This document shows, in pieces, positions 26,543 through 35,726 of a stretch of DNA of 64,000 nucleotides (position 1 is the first letter of the stretch; each line of letters starts with the position of its first letter). The position numbers were made by a program, and so were the translations under genes. This DNA comes from a bacterium (lineage in GTDB: Bacteria > Bacteroidota > Bacteroidia > Bacteroidales > FEN-979). Where the stretch lies: assembly GCA_043806735.1 (NCBI GenBank), contig JAZDGR010000052.1, positions 9,995 through 73,994 of the forward strand, in the 5' to 3' direction. Under the pieces are notes generated by a model that did no database searches, was not told the origin of the DNA, and saw only the letters and a list, made by a program, of their open reading frames with translations.

Positions 26543-29500
26543 TTAGTTAACGAACATGAGTTTTAGTATATAGGTTTCGCCCTCAGTGGTAAGGCGGAGC
26601 AGGTAAATTCCGGGATTGACTTTTTTACCCTGTGCATCGGTTCCATTCCAGGTTACCAGGTGGTCTCCTGCATGTTGCCGCTGGTTTAGTAAGGTCAACA
26701 CGGGTTCACCCCGGATATCGGAGACATCCAGTTGAACCTGGGTACTTTCCTGCAGAGTGTACCGAATCAAGGTTTGATCCCTGAATGGATTGGGATAACT
26801 GAACAGGCCGGAAGTCCCGTTTTCGACCGGATCCGGAATCCCTATCGGATCATTGATGTGAAGAGTTACCGGGATTGGGATGATGTTATTCCAGAGATCC
26901 CGAACCAGGAGATTACAGGTGAAGTCTCCCGGATTCAGGGTTCCGGCGCTGAAGTTCAGGATAATTTCGTCACTTTCTCCAGGAAGCAGGCTGCCGGTGC
27001 TGGAAGAGAGGCTTAGCCAGTTGTTTGGGAGCCCGGTATTACTGATCCGTATCTCTTCGGGAACGAAATGAGGAGCAGTTCCCACGTTGTCGCCTGTGAT
27101 TACGTAAACAATGAAAACATCGAAGGTATTTCCCTCTCCGATCGTCCCTGTCACTACTGATGTTGCTGTCTCTCCCGGCTTGATCACTCCGCGCCCTCCG
27201 CTGCTCTCTCCGTGCCAGTTGACCGTGGCGCCGGCGCCGGTCGTGCCGTCATAGACTAGGTCCCCGAGTGATCCCCCCGAGAAGTTGGTTGCGCTGTTCA
27301 CGGTGACTCCCTGCGGAAATTCCATCCGGATATTCTTCAGGTACTCATTATCACTGCTGGTATTGGAAACCGTAAAGTTCCAACCGAATGTCTGCCCCGG
27401 CACAAAGGTGGATGCGGAGCAGGTAATTGACGATCCGGTGAGGTTATCGGTAAGGTTCGATTCATTAGCCGTTGTGTCGAAGATCTGAAGGGTGTACTCC
27501 AGCAATCCGCCGCTGGCATTGGATATGGTGAGGGTATCTGCGGTAGTGTGGCCCGGATCGAGCGCTTTACTGAATGTCAATGGACTGACCTCAATCTCCG
27601 GCAAGGCTCCTTCAAATGGCGGGAAGGTGATGAAGTCAAGCCAGCAGCAATCGTAGTAGCCCGAAATGGAATTGTCTTTATGATAGACCCATTTGAATGT
27701 GTGATATCCTTTGGAGACCGGGTAGCTGTTTTCCTGCCAGGGGAGCATCCCGTCCCACCTGCCCTGTTCGACGTTATCGATGAAGAATGCCAGGTAATCA
27801 AAGTCGGTCCCGTTGGGGTCGTCTTCACACGAAACCCGCCTCCAGAATGAGATCTCTCCGTCGGCCAGCACGTTCACAGTGAGTAGGACATGCGATTCCA
27901 TGTCGTCAAAGATCCAGCCCGATTTGATTGAATAAACACCCTCATAGGTCAGAACCTGGTCAATATTCCAGGGGGCATCGCCGCCGAAATACCATGGGAA
28001 CTTCTCAAATGTGCCTGTTTCATAATCTTCAACGATCTCCCCGGAGAACAGCCAGATGCTGTCACTCCCGTTATATCCGTTGTTTCCGGTCATGGCCGCC
28101 TGCGTCAGGTAGAGATGCTCAAAAGGAGCCTGGTCTGAAGCGGAGATATTAAAAGAAAGCTGCCAGGAAGAGTCGGGTTTCAGCACGGGGATGGTGCCAG
28201 ATTCCTGGTTTATGGTCAGCAGAGGATCTCCTGAAGTCAATAAAGTCACCAGGTTTTGCACTTTGGCCCCGCCGTGGTTTTCAAACGTGATGAGCAACGG
28301 GGAAGTTTCGCCGGGATCCAGCTGTCCGTTGTCCCCGTCGGCTACGATGATCTCTCCTATCACGATATCGGGAGCCAGCGCGATCAAATCGATGGTGGTC
28401 ATGAAATTCTGCTGGGCCGAGGTCTCGTGAAGTATCAGACTGAACGGGTGCTGGTCAGGGATATCCGGTGATATATAAAAACTGAAAGCCCCGGGAATAA
28501 AAAGTGTCTGACCAGGATTGACTGTACCGATGTATTGAACGCTGTCGATCAGTGAAATGAAGGGGTCTGTTTCCGTGATCCACGTGTTGATGTTTGTCAC
28601 AGGCTGAGAGCCCAGATTGGTCAGGCTAAGGGTAATTAAGGCGGTATCTCCGAATTCGATCAGGCTATCGCCTCCGGCTATGACGAAGTACCCGATCTGG
28701 AGTCCGTTGGTCGTAAAGTTCAACACTTTGGTGTTGGAGATCCCATTATTATCTGTGACTTTGAATTTGACCGGTTGATTGGCGTATGCGAACTGGGGTG
28801 TTCCGCTGAAAAGCCCCTCTTCCGACAGGGTCATCTCCACAGGATACCCGCAGGCTGTATACTTGTTCAGGGTGTTTGCCGGGATTGCAGAACTATTGTT
28901 GAGCTGCGAATACTGGTAGTTCCTGTTATCTCCCGATGACATTCCTCCTGTCCATACGGTTCCGACCGGGTAATTCATGTTTCCGTAATAATATTCGATC
29001 AGGCCGTTGGGGTAAAACTTAACCGCAATGTTGAGCGACGTGGACCCCGGGAGGTTATTGATCGAAGCTTTCCACCGGATCGTGGCTGAATTGGCATCAC
29101 CCTCATACCAGATGCCGTCGCCCTGGGCCGAATAGAGCCTCAGGTCGGCCATGAAGGGGCTGAGGATCCGGGTCTGCCTGAACAACAGGTTGGGATCTAC
29201 AAGGTAAGGGTAGGTGTAAGGCTGATCGTCGAACAGAATATACCCGTCAACGTATATATAGAGCGTATTGACCACATCCTCATAGAACGGAAAAGGGAAA
29301 TCGAGTGTCTTCACGGCATACCCGGTGTTGGCATTGGTCACGGTGAGTGGCTGGGTTGTCACAGAGGGAAATAAAGCAGTGGTTACGATCTCCGGGTAAT
29401 CCAGCTGTACGTCCCAGAGGTAGGGGGTGGTCCCTCCCAAAGCCGTTAGCTGGTAAGAATAGGGCTGGTACAACGTCGCCATCGGCAAGGCAGATGTGGT

Positions 29501-30967
29501 CACTGAAGGTTTGTTGAACGAGGCGCTGTGGTTGACCGTAATCCGGGTGATGTCGTTATTCAGTAATGGGACATTGGTGGAAGGGCAATTGATGATCTGG
29601 GGTGTTCCGGAAGTATAATCGATGAGGGCCATTTGGATTATTTCTCCGGGATAGGAGTTCCCGGGATCATTTTCCTGCACCTGCAAAAAGTATTTTGCCG
29701 GCTGGCCGGGTGTCAGCCGGCTCAATATCTGAGTAATATCCAGGCCGAATTCAATGGTTTTATCCGATTCATTCGTGCCCCCCTGCATGTAGTAGGGACC
29801 TCCCTGGAAAGCAAAAATCGGATACTCGTAAATATAATTTGGAATGATGGCCGATAAATCTGTACTCATCCCAACCGTCACCTTGAGCTTGTTCCGGGAG
29901 AGGTGTTTGAGGGTCACTTTCATTGTAAGCTTCGGATCGCATGTTTGCTTTACATCCACCACATAAACCGTATGGTTCCAGATGCCGCCGTACCCGATAT
30001 CGTCGGCCAGCGTCTTATACATCAGGTAACAGAATCCCTGGTTGCACCATCCCGTACCGGCATACCCGCTAGCGAATTTCAACCCTCCAATCTCCCAATC
30101 GTGCATATCTACGATTCCGTCGCCGGTGATGTCGAGGTTGTTGGTGTATTGCCCATCATTGTTATAATCAAACCGGATCGAATCGTTGAATCCGCAAACC
30201 GTCCATGCGTGGGAAGGACTTGATCCCCAGTTGGTCTGGACAAACTTTCCCGCTTCCGGTGTTCCCGGCGGAAGTACCGTAGTGACGGAACTGTAATATT
30301 TGGCGTAAAAATTTGCTACCCCTCCTACAGACGACCCTTCCAGGTGATCCCAGAGCCAGTATTTCAGGGTCTGGAGCCCTTCCGGGTTATCTACCCGGAT
30401 TGCCTTGACCGAATTCAGCCGGTTTTTCATCCCGTTATAGTAGACGTCATACCCGGAGATCCAGCGTTTGTATCCGCCGAAATTGAGGGTGCCACCGTAA
30501 TCGGTGACATTCATGGTTCCGCAGGTCCTGACGATTTCCCAGGAATCAAAAAAACTGGCTCCCACATAGTTGTCACCACTGTTCAGGAAATCCCAGACAA
30601 AATGCGTAGGATACTGGTTGTTTGTTGTGTTGGCCGGAACCGCCCGCAAGCGGTCTATTTCGTAAGTAAAATTAAACGCAACTCCCGCCGACTGGCCGCA
30701 TTCATAGCCCGACTGAGAAGTGATGGGGCGGAAATAAGGTTGGGAGGAATTATCAATAAAGAATGGGAGCAGGGGAGCGTTCGCCCCTTTATAGGCATCC
30801 GGCAATTCAAGCAGGGGCACGTTTGCCAGTACGAAGAGCTCATCGGGAGACAACGAAGCGGGTTCATAGCCTGATCCGGAACCCGGATCCTGAGCCCACA
30901 AAGAAGCGGAGGTTAACAAGCCTATCAGAAACAGACCGAACCGAAACAGATAAGTTTTCATCTTCAC
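26543..30967 (-). CDS. 1474-aa secreted protein with T9SS C-terminal sorting domain and N-terminal papain-like (Cys/His) domain
   Basis: Signal peptide MKMKTYLFRFGLFLIGLLTSASLWAQ. Candidate catalytic Cys in QSGYECGQSAG and candidate His in PSHAWTVCGFND. The C-terminal ~85 aa (FSYPNPFRDQTLIRYTL...PGIYLLRLTTEGETYILKLMFVN) look like a T9SS CTD. Confidence 0.7.
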   Translation of the reverse strand: MKMKTYLFRFGLFLIGLLTSASLWAQDPGSGSGYEPASLSPDELFVLANVPLLELPDAYKGANAPLLPFFIDNSSQPYFRPITSQSGYECGQSAGVAFNFTYEIDRLRAVPANTTNNQYPTHFVWDFLNSGDNYVGASFFDSWEIVRTCGTMNVTDYGGTLNFGGYKRWISGYDVYYNGMKNRLNSVKAIRVDNPEGLQTLKYWLWDHLEGSSVGGVANFYAKYYSSVTTVLPPGTPEAGKFVQTNWGSSPSHAWTVCGFNDSIRFDYNNDGQYTNNLDITGDGIVDMHDWEIGGLKFASGYAGTGWCNQGFCYLMYKTLADDIGYGGIWNHTVYVVDVKQTCDPKLTMKVTLKHLSRNKLKVTVGMSTDLSAIIPNYIYEYPIFAFQGGPYYMQGGTNESDKTIEFGLDITQILSRLTPGQPAKYFLQVQENDPGNSYPGEIIQMALIDYTSGTPQIINCPSTNVPLLNNDITRITVNHSASFNKPSVTTSALPMATLYQPYSYQLTALGGTTPYLWDVQLDYPEIVTTALFPSVTTQPLTVTNANTGYAVKTLDFPFPFYEDVVNTLYIYVDGYILFDDQPYTYPYLVDPNLLFRQTRILSPFMADLRLYSAQGDGIWYEGDANSATIRWKASINNLPGSTSLNIAVKFYPNGLIEYYYGNMNYPVGTVWTGGMSSGDNRNYQYSQLNNSSAIPANTLNKYTACGYPVEMTLSEEGLFSGTPQFAYANQPVKFKVTDNNGISNTKVLNFTTNGLQIGYFVIAGGDSLIEFGDTALITLSLTNLGSQPVTNINTWITETDPFISLIDSVQYIGTVNPGQTLFIPGAFSFYISPDIPDQHPFSLILHETSAQQNFMTTIDLIALAPDIVIGEIIVADGDNGQLDPGETSPLLITFENHGGAKVQNLVTLLTSGDPLLTINQESGTIPVLKPDSSWQLSFNISASDQAPFEHLYLTQAAMTGNNGYNGSDSIWLFSGEIVEDYETGTFEKFPWYFGGDAPWNIDQVLTYEGVYSIKSGWIFDDMESHVLLTVNVLADGEISFWRRVSCEDDPNGTDFDYLAFFIDNVEQGRWDGMLPWQENSYPVSKGYHTFKWVYHKDNSISGYYDCCWLDFITFPPFEGALPEIEVSPLTFSKALDPGHTTADTLTISNASGGLLEYTLQIFDTTANESNLTDNLTGSSITCSASTFVPGQTFGWNFTVSNTSSDNEYLKNIRMEFPQGVTVNSATNFSGGSLGDLVYDGTTGAGATVNWHGESSGGRGVIKPGETATSVVTGTIGEGNTFDVFIVYVITGDNVGTAPHFVPEEIRISNTGLPNNWLSLSSSTGSLLPGESDEIILNFSAGTLNPGDFTCNLLVRDLWNNIIPIPVTLHINDPIGIPDPVENGTSGLFSYPNPFRDQTLIRYTLQESTQVQLDVSDIRGEPVLTLLNQRQHAGDHLVTWNGTDAQGKKVNPGIYLLRLTTEGETYILKLMFVN

Positions 30968-30986
30968 CTCGATTTATACTGCAATG

Positions 30987-32336
30987 TTAATGATTTTCCA
31001 GATTATAGAGGTATTTTGCATCTCTTTCAATCTGACTTTCAAGGGAAATTCCATTCATCTCAGCCTTTTTCACCAGGAACCGGAGCCATCCCCGCTCGTT
31101 ACGGATGCGGTTTTCATAGGGATACCACGGCGGATCGCTGAATCCCGGGAAAAAAGCCTGGTAGGCTTCATCCGCAAAGTTCCAGAAACCGCAATGCAGG
31201 TTGATCTCCGATACCATCAGCAGGATCACATCGAAACCGGTCAGCTTGTTCAGCAAATCACTTTTATCGACATGGACCAGGTCCCGGTCGTCAATGATAT
31301 GCGGATACAGCTTCGAATTATAGTACCAGTACTCTTCGCTTTCAAACACCTTCCCTGAATAATCGTTGATCACATTCAAGTAATAGCTGTCGGCGATGGT
31401 GAGTACTTTCAAGGTCGGTTCAGCGTGCTCCTTCCCGATTGTTACTTCCTGATAAGCCATCTTCGAACCGCGAAGCGGGATTACCAGGTTTAACAGGTCG
31501 GCGATGTCCTTATCGGTCCACCGGAGCGAATCGGAAAGTACGACACGGCCGGTTGTGAACCTTGGCAGTTTTCTGTTTGTGACGGTTTCGATATAGCCTG
31601 CCAGGGTGTCGACGACGAGCGGAACCGAATAAAGGCTCCAGTGCATTCCGTATTCCGGAAATAACGGGTAACGACAGGTGTCCTTTAGTTCAAGAAACCA
31701 TTTATTCAGGTTCAGGTACGGGATCTTCCTGCTATCCAACCAGGAAGTCAGATAGGTATAGTTCGACAGGGTTTTCCCATTCCGGAGATACCTGTAGGGA
31801 ATCAATTCAGAATAATAACTTGCTTTTCCGGGTTCCACTACCAGGATCAGATACGTGCCTGCCGAATGCAACTTTTGCTGAACGGCCTGCAGCTTTCTAA
31901 GTTTGTAGTCCCAGCTCTTTTTGCCGATAAAGTATTTCCCGGTATATTCAAGAATGTAATCCTCTTCGAACAGGTTTCCGCCTTTCCCCCGGATGAATCC
32001 CTCCGTATGCGTGATCCCGAAGAGCCGGTAATCATAGTCGTTATGGATACGGAACAGGCTATTCCGGAAACCGGTATGATCTTCGAGATTCGCTGTGGTT
32101 TTTTCCTGGAACTCCCCGCTGAACCATCGTCTCCAGGTAAAAAATTTCAACTCCGGTACGGGTTTCAGCCGGAAATATCCGTTCAGGGACTTTTCCGGGA
32201 ACCCATGAAATGAAAACTGGAGCGATGACAGGGCCAGGAAAAGAACGGTAAAACAGAGTAACATTTTTTTCAGAATCGCCATTCCCTTTAGGGACTTTTC
32301 CCGTTTTACGAGCAAAACTACTGATAGTTTTTCCAT
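30987..32336 (-). CDS. AlgJ/AlgX/DltD-like SGNH-type partner of the MBOAT (extracytoplasmic O-acyltransferase component)
   Basis: 449 aa. The true start may be the internal MAILKKMLLCFTVLF at 32282, which gives a signal/anchor. It has an AlgJ-like motif EYGMHWS and lies immediately downstream of an MBOAT gene, the usual AlgI/AlgJ or DltB/DltD arrangement. Confidence 0.5.
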   Translation of the reverse strand: MEKLSVVLLVKREKSLKGMAILKKMLLCFTVLFLALSSLQFSFHGFPEKSLNGYFRLKPVPELKFFTWRRWFSGEFQEKTTANLEDHTGFRNSLFRIHNDYDYRLFGITHTEGFIRGKGGNLFEEDYILEYTGKYFIGKKSWDYKLRKLQAVQQKLHSAGTYLILVVEPGKASYYSELIPYRYLRNGKTLSNYTYLTSWLDSRKIPYLNLNKWFLELKDTCRYPLFPEYGMHWSLYSVPLVVDTLAGYIETVTNRKLPRFTTGRVVLSDSLRWTDKDIADLLNLVIPLRGSKMAYQEVTIGKEHAEPTLKVLTIADSYYLNVINDYSGKVFESEEYWYYNSKLYPHIIDDRDLVHVDKSDLLNKLTGFDVILLMVSEINLHCGFWNFADEAYQAFFPGFSDPPWYPYENRIRNERGWLRFLVKKAEMNGISLESQIERDAKYLYNLENH

Positions 32337-32461
32337 CCATCAACAGTTTTTTCTCTAGATGTTGTAATGGTGATGATTACCGGTTTTTCATGCACATGAT
32401 CCGCCGCGACGCCACTTACATGGTAGAACAGGAAAAGATTCATAAATGGAACTGATCCGGC

Positions 32462-33931
32462 CTAGAAACGGAAATAGATAAAGGGGGTGAATCCGGTGGA
32501 AGTGATTGTCGCTTCATTCAGCACAAAGAGTATTATGGCCAGGAGTGTAAACAGGATGACCGTCGCATTTCCCGGAGTGGAGAAGAGCTTCTCGCTCCAT
32601 CCCTGAATTCGTTTCCATCCTCCCCAGAAGGAGAAAAAAATTGCAATGCCCAGCATCGTCCAGAACTTGGGGTTGAGCCAGATTTCGTTCTGACAATTGA
32701 CAAAGAGGAACATCCGGCGCAGGTAGAACCAGGCATAATCCAGGTTCTCGGCACGGAAGATCACCCAGCCGATGACCAAAACAAGAAACGTGAGGAGGCG
32801 CGAAGGAATTTTCCCGGTTTTCTTCAGCCACCTGATCAGGAACAGGCGGTCGAGGATCAGAAAGAAAGCCATGTAACCGCCCCATAGGATGAAGGTCCAG
32901 GCAGCGCCGTGCCAGAAACCGCAAATGAGAAAGGTAATGGCCGCAGCATAACAATAGAGCAGCTTGTCGGTGCGGATTCCCAGGTATTTTTCCTGTTTCC
33001 ATTTCCGGGAGGTGGAATAGGCGATCGGGAGAAACAGGTAGTCGCGAAGCCAGGTCGACAAGGTGATGTGCCACCGTTTCCAGAAATCGGTGATGCTGGT
33101 GGAAACATACGGAAAGTTGAAATTTTCAGGCAGGCGGAATCCGGCCATTTTTGCCAGTCCGATGGCCATATCGGTGTATCCCGAGAAATCGAAATAGATT
33201 TGGAACGTATAGGCAATGCCTCCGATCCAGGCAAGTCCGGAAGAGAGTTCCAGCGAACTCAGAGCAAATAATTCATTGACGGTAACCCCCAGCACATCGG
33301 CGATCAGTACTTTCTTGGAAAGTCCGATCACAAACCGGTAAAATCCGATCAGCCGCTCATTCGCGTTTTCCTGGGCTCGCCGGTCCCGGATCTGGTCAGA
33401 GATCTGCCCCACCCGCACAATGGGGCCCGAGAGAAGCTGCGGGAACATGAAGATGTATAAGGCATAGTCCTGAAGCCTTGTCAGTGCATTGTGCCGGCGT
33501 TTGTATACATCCAATGTACAAGAGAGTTTCTGGAAGGTGATAAACGAGATTCCGATGGGCAGAGCCACGTTGGTCCATTCGGCCGGTTTACTCCCGAACC
33601 AGCTTAAGAGGACATTGAACTGATCCACGAAAAAGTTCATGTACTTGAAGTACACTAACAAACCCAGGTTCAGCAGCACGCTGATCCAGAAAAGGATTTT
33701 TCGTTTTCTTCCTTCGCTCCTTTCGACCTGTTTCAGGATGATGAAGTCGGCCAGCACCGATCCGGTCACCACAAACACGAAGACAGGGGCTCCCCAGGCA
33801 TAATAGAACAGGCTGACCAGTAGTAAAAACAGGTTCTTCGGCCAACTTTGGGGTATGCGCGCAAGCAGGTAATAAATGATCAGAAAAGCCGGCAGGAAAT
33901 AGAGAAGAAACAAACTTGTACTGAAGATCAT
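32462..33931 (-). CDS. MBOAT family membrane O-acyltransferase (AlgI/DltB-like)
   Basis: 489 aa and polytopic. It has the conserved His block FWKRWHITLSTWLRDYLFLPI and CGFWHGAAW. Confidence 0.85.
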   Translation of the reverse strand: MIFSTSLFLLYFLPAFLIIYYLLARIPQSWPKNLFLLLVSLFYYAWGAPVFVFVVTGSVLADFIILKQVERSEGRKRKILFWISVLLNLGLLVYFKYMNFFVDQFNVLLSWFGSKPAEWTNVALPIGISFITFQKLSCTLDVYKRRHNALTRLQDYALYIFMFPQLLSGPIVRVGQISDQIRDRRAQENANERLIGFYRFVIGLSKKVLIADVLGVTVNELFALSSLELSSGLAWIGGIAYTFQIYFDFSGYTDMAIGLAKMAGFRLPENFNFPYVSTSITDFWKRWHITLSTWLRDYLFLPIAYSTSRKWKQEKYLGIRTDKLLYCYAAAITFLICGFWHGAAWTFILWGGYMAFFLILDRLFLIRWLKKTGKIPSRLLTFLVLVIGWVIFRAENLDYAWFYLRRMFLFVNCQNEIWLNPKFWTMLGIAIFFSFWGGWKRIQGWSEKLFSTPGNATVILFTLLAIILFVLNEATITSTGFTPFIYFRF

Positions 33932-33944
33932 ATAGCCAGGTTTA

Positions 33945-35726
33945 TTAATTTACACAGAACTTCACGGTCATATCATCCAGAAAAAAAGTAGTGCGGTGTT
34001 TATTCCAGCAGTACACCTTAATGTAAGAGTCAGTGTCGTACCATTCAGGGAGGGTAAATGTTGTAGTAATCTCGTTCCATTTCCCCATTTCCCTGAGTAC
34101 CGGATCTATCTCGAATGATTGCCATATGATTGATCGTCCTTCTTTTTCTACTGAGCATACAATCACAGCGCCCGTCAAACTATCTCCCGGATTCAACACC
34201 CATGAGTTCACCAGGATTTGGGTTGGAAACGCAAGGTCAAAGTCTTTTGCGGCTTTTATTACACCCCCGCAAAATTCAATGGAAGGATTAAAAACAGCAC
34301 AATGGGAATAGGAATGATACACCGAATCGGTTATGAAAAAATAGGAACGATCATCTGAAGGTTCATAGGTAATTGTCACCTTGTCCAGTGTTCGGTACAG
34401 GTGTATAAGGTCATCCGGGAGGATGCTTGCCTTTGTCAGATTCACTAAATACGTCCTGAAATCCCAGGTATCCGCTTTAAAACACATCGTATAATACCAG
34501 GAGGAAAGTATGTTGATATAGACGATAACAAGAAGGACTATTCCACCTGCAAACTTCCCAATCCAACGGGTATGATTCCATGCGGATTGCAGCAGAAATC
34601 CAAGGGGAATGCTGAAGACCGCATAGTACTCGATAAAACAACGGTGCCCGAAACCACAACCGAAGTACCAGGAGTACCAGGAAGCGCAAAGGTAGCTGAC
34701 CAACAGAAAGAGAAAAAGAAACTGCCATCCGTTGCGGATCTTTTTCAGGATCATCGCTCCCATTCCCAGGATCATAAGGATGGCGAGGGGTGTATTCAGG
34801 AAAAGGCCATTTTTTGGGGCAAACCACACCTCGAGGAGAAAGGGATGGCGCCAGTTCGTAAATCCTTCGTGATCATATGAATAAACCAGGAAAGAGCCAA
34901 AGCCATATTTCCAATAAAGCATCTGGGGGAATACGACAATCAACAGGCAGATCAGGAAGGTAAGCAGGTACTTCGGTTTCATAAAAATCGAGAACCTTGT
35001 GAAAAGAGCTTGCCCGGTTTGAACATTCCATAAGAAAAAGAGAAGGAGAATGATCCCGTTGATTGGCCGGATGATCACTGCCAGGGAAAAAGAAACCGAA
35101 AGTAACAAAAACCATTTCCATCGACGGGTTGCCATAAACCTCAGCAAGGCAAGCAGGTAAAGTGAAAACACAAAAAAAGAATAGATATGCGACATCGATG
35201 TTGCAATCATGGAATAATAGAAAAGATTCGTTCCTGTAAACACAAGCAGTAAAACAATGTACTGAATCAATGGCCGGAAAAACTCCCGGAGTACCTGTTT
35301 CAGGATCAGCAATCCCAGAATGAGATAGACAACAGCTGCCACATCGATCATGCGATGATAGATGGGGGAAAATCCTTTATCTTCAGAAATATTCAGGGCT
35401 TTTGCGATCCCATGAGCAGAGATAAAGAATGGGGAAAGCAGGGTGGATACTCCATAAAAATATTTGGTTTGAATGGTATTCTGTTCTTTATTCAGATGGA
35501 ACGCGTTTCCTGTTTTCTCTGCGATATTTTCCGGCAGCTTATCCGCTTCAAAGTCTGCAAAAAATAACGAAGGAAGATAGATATAGTACCCAGCTCCATC
35601 AGCCCAGATCACCCCTTTCCAGGTCAAATTATCGCGATTGTCATGGAGCAAGAATGTCAGCCCTAGTGAGATCATAAACAAGATCAGAAAAAACAGAAGA
35701 CCCGGAATGTCAGCTTTTTTCTTCAT
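33945..35726 (-). CDS. GT-C-like polytopic membrane protein (ArnT/PMT/YfhO-like architecture) with C-terminal CBM-like module
   Basis: 593 aa. Roughly 11-13 TM helices are followed by a ~150-aa soluble tail ending in KVYCWNKHRTTFFLDDMTVKF. It is a paralogue of the next gene. Confidence 0.5.
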   Translation of the reverse strand: MKKKADIPGLLFFLILFMISLGLTFLLHDNRDNLTWKGVIWADGAGYYIYLPSLFFADFEADKLPENIAEKTGNAFHLNKEQNTIQTKYFYGVSTLLSPFFISAHGIAKALNISEDKGFSPIYHRMIDVAAVVYLILGLLILKQVLREFFRPLIQYIVLLLVFTGTNLFYYSMIATSMSHIYSFFVFSLYLLALLRFMATRRWKWFLLLSVSFSLAVIIRPINGIILLLFFLWNVQTGQALFTRFSIFMKPKYLLTFLICLLIVVFPQMLYWKYGFGSFLVYSYDHEGFTNWRHPFLLEVWFAPKNGLFLNTPLAILMILGMGAMILKKIRNGWQFLFLFLLVSYLCASWYSWYFGCGFGHRCFIEYYAVFSIPLGFLLQSAWNHTRWIGKFAGGIVLLVIVYINILSSWYYTMCFKADTWDFRTYLVNLTKASILPDDLIHLYRTLDKVTITYEPSDDRSYFFITDSVYHSYSHCAVFNPSIEFCGGVIKAAKDFDLAFPTQILVNSWVLNPGDSLTGAVIVCSVEKEGRSIIWQSFEIDPVLREMGKWNEITTTFTLPEWYDTDSYIKVYCWNKHRTTFFLDDMTVKFCVN

